From a virus: DNA of 44,710 nt. Positions 39,967-44,710 of the stretch are shown piece after piece. The stretch is taken from IMG/VR virus record IMGVR_UViG_3300037419_000655, positions 1-44,710 of that record. One strand, written 5' to 3'. The notes beneath the pieces are model-generated. The model did not search any database, was not told the DNA's origin, and saw only the letters and a list, made by a program, of their open reading frames with translations. The translations under genes and the position numbers were made by a program. How positions within the stretch are numbered: position 1 is the first letter of the stretch; the number at the start of each line of letters is the position of its first letter.

Positions 39967-40115
39967 AAGCCCCGACTAGCCCTCGTCGTGAGACGCGCGA
40001 AATCGGGCACCTGTTTGGCCCCGGTCTGCGGACCCGTGCCAACCCGCAATCGGAATACGCGATTCCGAGCAGACCGCCGTGAGGCGGCCTTTCCCATCGA
40101 GATGGAACAACACAA

Positions 40116-40763
40116 ATGGCATACACGATCGCGAATGGCTCGACCATTCATATCGGCTCGGCGGTCGGCTCTTCGCTGACTGTCACCGTTGCTACGAACG
40201 CCTCCCCGTGCGTGATGACCTCGACGGCCCACGGCCTGTCGAACGGCGACTACATCATCGTGACCTCGGGCTGGTCCCGCGTCACCGACAAGGTGTGGCG
40301 CGTCGCCAACGTCACCGCCAACACGTTCGAGCTGGAAGGCAGCAACACCAGCGACACGACCGTCTACGCGGCCGGTTCGGGCACGGGCTCGGTCAAGAAG
40401 GTCACGACCTGGACCCAGCTCACGCAGGTGCTGTCGGTCAGCTCACAGGGTGGCGAACAGCAGTACGCGACCTATCAGCCGCTGGAAGGCGACCGCGAAG
40501 TCCGCATCCCGACCGTCAAGAGCGGCGGCGGCCTCGACATCGAGGTTGGCGACGACCCGACGCTCGCGGGCTTCCAGGCGTTCATGACCGCCAACGACGC
40601 GCGCACCGCCTATGCGGTCCGCATCACGGCGGCCAATAGCGGCAAGTCGCTGTTCTACAGCTACATCTCGGCCGACAAGGTGCCGCAGATGAACGTCAAC
40701 GACGTGCAGAAAGCGCGCATCTCGCTGTCGCATCTGAACGAAGCCGTGCGCTACGCGACCTAA
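40116..40763 (+). CDS. Major tail (tube) protein, 215 aa
   Basis: Position before the chaperone/frameshift pair and the tape measure. Gly/Ser/Thr/Val-rich beta-type sequence. Confidence 0.8.
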   Translation: MAYTIANGSTIHIGSAVGSSLTVTVATNASPCVMTSTAHGLSNGDYIIVTSGWSRVTDKVWRVANVTANTFELEGSNTSDTTVYAAGSGTGSVKKVTTWTQLTQVLSVSSQGGEQQYATYQPLEGDREVRIPTVKSGGGLDIEVGDDPTLAGFQAFMTANDARTAYAVRITAANSGKSLFYSYISADKVPQMNVNDVQKARISLSHLNEAVRYAT

Positions 40764-40769
40764 TGGACC

Positions 40770-40803
40770 GGGGAGGCCCGGTGCATTGGGCCTCCCCTTT
40801 TCC
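40770..40803 (+). terminator. Strong intrinsic terminator after the major tail gene
   Basis: GGGGAGGCCC-ggtgcatt-GGGCCTCCCC followed by TTTTCC. Confidence 0.8.
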
Positions 40804-40818
40804 TGAAGGAGCAACACG

Positions 40819-41127
40819 ATGTTCAAGATTCAAGCCAACCCCACCATTGACGCGAAGCTGACCCTCATCGGTCAGGGCCGTGAACAGGTGTTGGAGTTGA
40901 CGTTCAAGCATTCCACCCGATCCGATTACCTTCAGTTGCTGTCGGATGTGCGCGAGGAAAAGCGCAAGCCCGAAGACGCGCTGGCGAGCCTGATCGAGAA
41001 GTGGAACGCCGATATGACCGTCTCGGCTGATGCAATGAAGGCGCTGGACGAACACCAGCCCGGCGCGCTCATGGCGATCCTCAATGCCTACGGTGACGCC
41101 TTGCTGGTATCGCGCAAGGGAAACTGA
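40819..41127 (+). CDS. Tail assembly chaperone (gpG-like), 102 aa
   Basis: GAAGGAG RBS. Lies between the major tail protein and the tape measure, and ends just after the slippery site. Confidence 0.8.
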   Translation: MFKIQANPTIDAKLTLIGQGREQVLELTFKHSTRSDYLQLLSDVREEKRKPEDALASLIEKWNADMTVSADAMKALDEHQPGALMAILNAYGDALLVSRKGN

Positions 41128-41474
41128 TCGGCAGCGCCCGCGTCCTCCGCGACGGACTTCCGACGCCGGAGGACTTGGAGCAAGCGGGCCTCGCGCCCGA
41201 GGACTGCACGACGCCCAACGAGGACGGCGTGTATTACGACCTCGGCGACAAAGCGTGGCGCTGCCAGATATGGGAAGAAAACTGGCCCGCGCTCAGTTTG
41301 TACCTGCGACTGCATACGCAGTGGCGCGTCGGCTTCAGCGGTGCCGTAGGACTGGATTACAACGTCCTGTTCCACGAATTGGACCGGATGCACCTCGACC
41401 CCGATGACTACGACGACCTGTTCGGGTCCGTCCGCGTGATCGAAGAAACGATGCTGAACCCCAAGCCCGCCTAG
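40819..41474 (+). CDS. Tail assembly chaperone frameshift product (gpGT-like; 40819-41124 joined to 41124-41474), about 218 aa
   Basis: The -1 frame continues [23 protein letters not shown]...[34 protein letters not shown], which resembles the DUF1799 TAC extension. Confidence 0.7.
41118..41124 (+). promoter_or_regulatory. -1 programmed frameshift slippery heptamer G GGA AAC
   Basis: In the G frame the codons read AAG GGA AAC TGA. The -1 frame is open from here to 41474. Confidence 0.75.
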
Positions 41475-41493
41475 TGCGGGCTTTTTCCTTTTT
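41463..41493 (+). terminator. Intrinsic terminator between the chaperone and tape-measure genes
   Basis: AAGCCCGC-ctagt-GCGGGCTT followed by TTTCCTTTTT. Confidence 0.65.
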
Positions 41494-41502
41494 GAGAGTC
41501 CC

Positions 41503-44500
41503 ATGACCGAAGAAAGCATCGGCACTGCCCGCCTAGATCTGGTGGCGGACACGTCCGAGTTTGTCGTCGGCGTGGAGGCTGCCAAGAAAGCGACGGCTGA
41601 CCTTGGACGTGCGACGCAACAGTCCGCCAAGGTCGCGGCCGATGGCATTGCCAAGACCAACGCGGCGGCCCGGAGTACGGCCGATGCGATTCGCGGTTCG
41701 GCCAACGCGGTCGAACAGAACACGCGACGCCAAATCAATTCGCTCGAAAAGCTGGCCCGTACATACGGGCTGACCCGTGAGGAGCAGATCCGTTACCGGA
41801 TCGAAACGCAGACCACGGGCGACGTACAGAAGCGCCTGCTGGCGATCTTTGACCAGCAGGTCGCGAAAGTTAACAGCAGCGGCCGCGCGCTCGATGCCTA
41901 TGGCATGAGCGCCAAGCAGACCGCCGCTGCCTTGCGCGGAGTCCCGGCACAGCTCACTGACATCTTCACCGGCCTTGCCACCGGCCAGCGTCCGATCAAC
42001 ATCCTGCTCCAGCAGGGCGGTCAGTTGAAGGACATGTTCGGCGGCATCGTGCCGGCCATCCGTGCCGTTGGTGGCGCTGTTGCGGGCCTCATCAACCCGT
42101 TCACCCTGGCGGCGGCAGCGGTCATCGGGCTGGGAGTGGCGTGGAACAAGGCCAACGACGAAGCCGAGGCGTTCAACAAGGCGCTCATCCTGTCGGGCAA
42201 TGCAGCAGGCCTGACACGCCAGCAGTTGGAAGGTGTCGCGGCCTCGATTGCGAACACGACCGACGCCACGCAGGGCAAGGTGTCCGAGGCGCTGGCGCAG
42301 GTGGCGGCGTCCGGGCAGTTCACCGCCAAGCAGATGCAGATGGTCGCGCAGGCGGCCGTCGAAATGCAGCAGGCGACCGGCCAGTCGATCGAAAAGACGG
42401 TGCAGGACTTCGCCTCGCTCAAGGGCGATCCGCTCGACGGCATCCTCAAGCTCAACGACGCGATTGGTGACGGCACCAACGTCGTCCGCTTCCTGACGCA
42501 AGCCCAGGCCGAGGAAATCGCCAAGCTCAAGGAGCAGGGCGACACCGCAGGGGCCACGGACCTGGCGTTCAAGGCGCTGTTCGATGGCATCAACTCGCGC
42601 GCTCCACAGGCTGCGCAACAGATGTCGCTGCTCGGCGGCGTGCTGCACACCATTTCGGTCGAGGCCAAGCAAGACCTCGACGCCATCGTCGGGTTCTTCC
42701 GGGGTGCGGACGAAGGCATCCGTAGCTTCATCCTCACCCACGAGAAGATGTTGCGGTCGGTAGGCAATGTGGCGGCGGCTTTGCCGGGCAACATCTTCGG
42801 CAACGCGCAGTTGGATGTCCTCAATTCGACCATTGACGCCGCCAAGCGCGCGTCCCGCCCGACCTTCTCCAATGTCACGGACGGGAGCGGCGCGGCGGAC
42901 GCCTCCAAGATTCACGCCCGCGAAGAAGCGCAGCAGGAATTTGACCGGCTCGCCCTGAGCAACCTCAGCAAGCGCGAGAAGCTCGAAAACGAGATCAAGG
43001 ACATCCGCGAGAAGGGGCTCGCGGCGGGCAAGTCCCAGCTTGCCATCGAGACGGCCGTGGCCAACGCCCGAGCCCGCTACGCCGAAAGCCAGAAGAAAGG
43101 CAACTCCGGCGCGGGCATTGAATCGGCCACGTCAAAGAATGCCATCCAGGCGTTCGAGGACCAGCTCAAGAAAGAACAGGGGCTGATCGCCAACCAGACG
43201 CAGGTGCTGGAGGCGAACTACGCCGCCCGCAACATCACGGTGGCCGCCTATTACAAGGAACAGAAGCGCCTCGCCCAAGAAAACACCGACGTGCAGGTCA
43301 AGGCGCTGGAGGGGGAGATCGCCGCGCTCAACGCCCGAAACGTCAAGGGCAAGGTGTCCATCGAGAACGCGACGCAGATCGCGCAGAAGGAAGCCGAGCT
43401 TGCCAAGGTCCGCGCCGATGGCGCAACCAAGCTGGAAGTCCTGAACATTCAGGAGGCCGCGCAACTCAAGCAGCGCCAGCAGTTGCTGACCTCCTACAAC
43501 GACGCACTGAAGCAGACTGAGGACACGCTCAAGGACGAGCTGGACAACCAAGTCCTCCGCATCTCGATGGGCGAGCGCGAGTTCGAGATGCGCTCGCGGA
43601 TCAACCAGATCCTGCGGCAGCAGTCGAAGGAATTGCTGGACTTGGCCCGCGCTCGCGACGCCGATCCGGCCAACGCCGACCTGTACGACAAGCAGGCCGC
43701 CGCACTGGAAGCCTCCGTGCAGCGCCAGGTGCAGGCCGTGCGCGACGGCTACAAGGCCATGTCAGAGGCGCAGGCGAACTGGTCGAACGGCGCGATCAAG
43801 GCGTTCACCGACTACGCGGACGCCGCCAACGACGTGGCGGGACAGACCTACGGCATCTTCTCGGATGCCCTGCATGGTCTGGAGGATGTCTTCGTTGACT
43901 TCTTCACCAAGGGCAAGGCGGACTGGAAGGGCTTTTTTGACGGCATCGCGGCCGAGATCACCCGGTTCGTGGTCCGTCAGCAACTGAGCAAGCTCGCGCA
44001 GAAGTTCCTGCCGGGCCTGACGGGCGATCAGGGCGATTCCTCGGCCAGCGCCCTGTCCGGTGCAGCGGGGCAGCTCGCGGCGTCCGCGACGCCGTTGTAT
44101 GGCGCGGCGGCGGCCCTGAGCGCGTCTGCGTCCGCCTTGGCTGCGGCCGGTGGCGCTCAGGGCATCAGCGGCGGTGCCACCACGGGCGGCAGCGGCGGTT
44201 GGATCGATGCGCTGTTCTCCCTGTTCTCCAGCGGTGGCGGCGAGCAGTGGTACGCCAACGGCGGCGCGTTCTCGCGAGGGCAAGAAGTCCAAGCGTTCGC
44301 CTATGGCGGCGTCGTCTCCAGTCCGACCAATTTCGGCATGTCCGGTGGCCGCCTCGGATTGATGGGCGAGGCGGGCCCCGAAGCCATCCTGCCATTGCAT
44401 CGCGGTCCTGACGGAAAGCTCGGCGTGCGGATGGAAGCGGCGAACGAGCCGCAGCGCACCGGCCCGACCGTCGTCCAGCAGACGGTCCTCGTGCAGGGCC

Positions 44501-44580
44501 GCATCGACTCCCGCACCGCTTCCCAATTCGCGCAGGCGACCGCCCGCGAACAGAACCGCGCGTCCTCCCGGAATCGCTAA
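41503..44580 (+). CDS. Tail tape measure protein (lambda-family C-terminus), 1025 aa
   Basis: Long helical protein after the G/GT pair. The C-terminus ...[44 protein letters not shown] is the lambda-type TMP signature. Confidence 0.95.
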   Translation: MTEESIGTARLDLVADTSEFVVGVEAAKKATADLGRATQQSAKVAADGIAKTNAAARSTADAIRGSANAVEQNTRRQINSLEKLARTYGLTREEQIRYRIETQTTGDVQKRLLAIFDQQVAKVNSSGRALDAYGMSAKQTAAALRGVPAQLTDIFTGLATGQRPINILLQQGGQLKDMFGGIVPAIRAVGGAVAGLINPFTLAAAAVIGLGVAWNKANDEAEAFNKALILSGNAAGLTRQQLEGVAASIANTTDATQGKVSEALAQVAASGQFTAKQMQMVAQAAVEMQQATGQSIEKTVQDFASLKGDPLDGILKLNDAIGDGTNVVRFLTQAQAEEIAKLKEQGDTAGATDLAFKALFDGINSRAPQAAQQMSLLGGVLHTISVEAKQDLDAIVGFFRGADEGIRSFILTHEKMLRSVGNVAAALPGNIFGNAQLDVLNSTIDAAKRASRPTFSNVTDGSGAADASKIHAREEAQQEFDRLALSNLSKREKLENEIKDIREKGLAAGKSQLAIETAVANARARYAESQKKGNSGAGIESATSKNAIQAFEDQLKKEQGLIANQTQVLEANYAARNITVAAYYKEQKRLAQENTDVQVKALEGEIAALNARNVKGKVSIENATQIAQKEAELAKVRADGATKLEVLNIQEAAQLKQRQQLLTSYNDALKQTEDTLKDELDNQVLRISMGEREFEMRSRINQILRQQSKELLDLARARDADPANADLYDKQAAALEASVQRQVQAVRDGYKAMSEAQANWSNGAIKAFTDYADAANDVAGQTYGIFSDALHGLEDVFVDFFTKGKADWKGFFDGIAAEITRFVVRQQLSKLAQKFLPGLTGDQGDSSASALSGAAGQLAASATPLYGAAAALSASASALAAAGGAQGISGGATTGGSGGWIDALFSLFSSGGGEQWYANGGAFSRGQEVQAFAYGGVVSSPTNFGMSGGRLGLMGEAGPEAILPLHRGPDGKLGVRMEAANEPQRTGPTVVQQTVLVQGRIDSRTASQFAQATAREQNRASSRNR

Positions 44581-44583
44581 CCC

Positions 44584-44710
44584 ATGACGATCATCGCGAC
44601 CCGCCTCTCCGCGAAGGTAGAGGCGGGGTTCTCGGCTGTCGTGGGCTTTTCCACGCGCGTGGTCGAGCTGAAAACCGGCTACGAGCGCCGCAACGCCAAC
44701 TGGCTCAATC
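44584..44710 (+). CDS. 5' part of the distal tail protein gene (continues as 1-584 after circularisation)
   Basis: ATG at 44584 sits 3 nt after the tape-measure stop and reads MTIIATRLSAKVEAGFSAVVGFSTRVVELKTGYERRNANWLN, in frame with ORF 48-584 through the duplicated segment. Confidence 0.75.
   Translation, partial: MTIIATRLSAKVEAGFSAVVGFSTRVVELKTGYERRNANWLN
44594..44710. repeat. Terminal overlap, copy 2 (identical to 1-117)
   Basis: Same 117 nt as the window start, consistent with a circularised contig. Confidence 0.95.

Larger units (their letters stand above)
1..44593. mobile_element. Complete temperate tailed-phage genome (siphovirus-like, HK97-type head module), circular representation
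   Basis: Contains integrase/excisionase/attP, a divergent repressor-cro switch, replication and recombination genes, a lysis cassette, HNH-terminase-portal-protease-capsid and tail genes. Bases 44594-44710 repeat 1-117, so one unit is 44593 bp. Confidence 0.9.

Noticed and set aside
41533-42915. 460-aa minus-strand ORF, together with the 295-aa ORF at 42021-42908
   Set aside because: Both are antisense to the tape measure gene with shadow-frame composition.
1-44710. CRISPR arrays, rRNA genes, IS elements or a reverse transcriptase/DGR
   Set aside because: No spaced direct repeats, no rRNA-like sequence, no transposase or RT motifs, and no template/variable repeat pair were seen.

Overview
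This window is one complete, GC-rich temperate tailed-phage genome written as a circle. Bases 44594-44710 repeat bases 1-117, so the unit length is 44593 bp. All family calls below were made by eye from motifs, because no searches could be run.

Gene layout:
- 1-7806 (+): a distal-tail module in the RcGTA g12-g15 order (DUF2460-like, DUF2163/BR0599-like hub, NlpC/P60, large host-specificity protein), followed by a fibre-like protein and a LamG-like protein.
- 7793-8752 (-): a convergent acyltransferase-3 (O-antigen acetylase type) moron.
- 8768-9016: attP, carrying a 3' fragment of tRNA-Pro(GGG) and phased CACCCTAT arm repeats.
- 9013-17445 (-): integrase, excisionase and an early-left operon. 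It holds a RecB-family exonuclease, a DUF669-like SSB and many small ORFs joined by ATGA/GTGA overlaps.
- 17446-18297: the immunity switch, with a short XRE repressor that has no S24 domain, a divergent cro-like gene, and clustered CGTAACG heptamers.
- 18368-27610 (+): an early-right operon. It encodes a cII-like protein, several HNH proteins, a replication protein, an orphan DPPY methyltransferase, NinB-like, Ref-like and resolvase-like proteins, and a DnaQ-like exonuclease.
- 27646-30689: a late/lysis region with a terminator, an HslV-like peptidase, holin, SAR endolysin, four micro-ORFs, a terminator, a lipoprotein serine protease and Rz/Rz1.
- 30790-31899: a free-standing beta-helix protein.
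- 31976-44580: an HK97-type HNH-TerS-TerL-portal-ClpP protease-capsid-connector-tail module, including the G/GT -1 frameshift and the tape measure.

Best candidates for new biology:
1. A phage HslV/proteasome-like Ntn peptidase with no unfoldase partner, placed at the head of the lysis operon.
2. A 375-nt non-coding island inside the tail operon with two tandem hairpin modules and a terminator.
3. A lipobox serine protease embedded in the lysis cassette.
4. Duplicated beta-helix depolymerase-like domains in unusual contexts.
5. A late operon interrupted by many intrinsic terminators, with no recognisable antiterminator.
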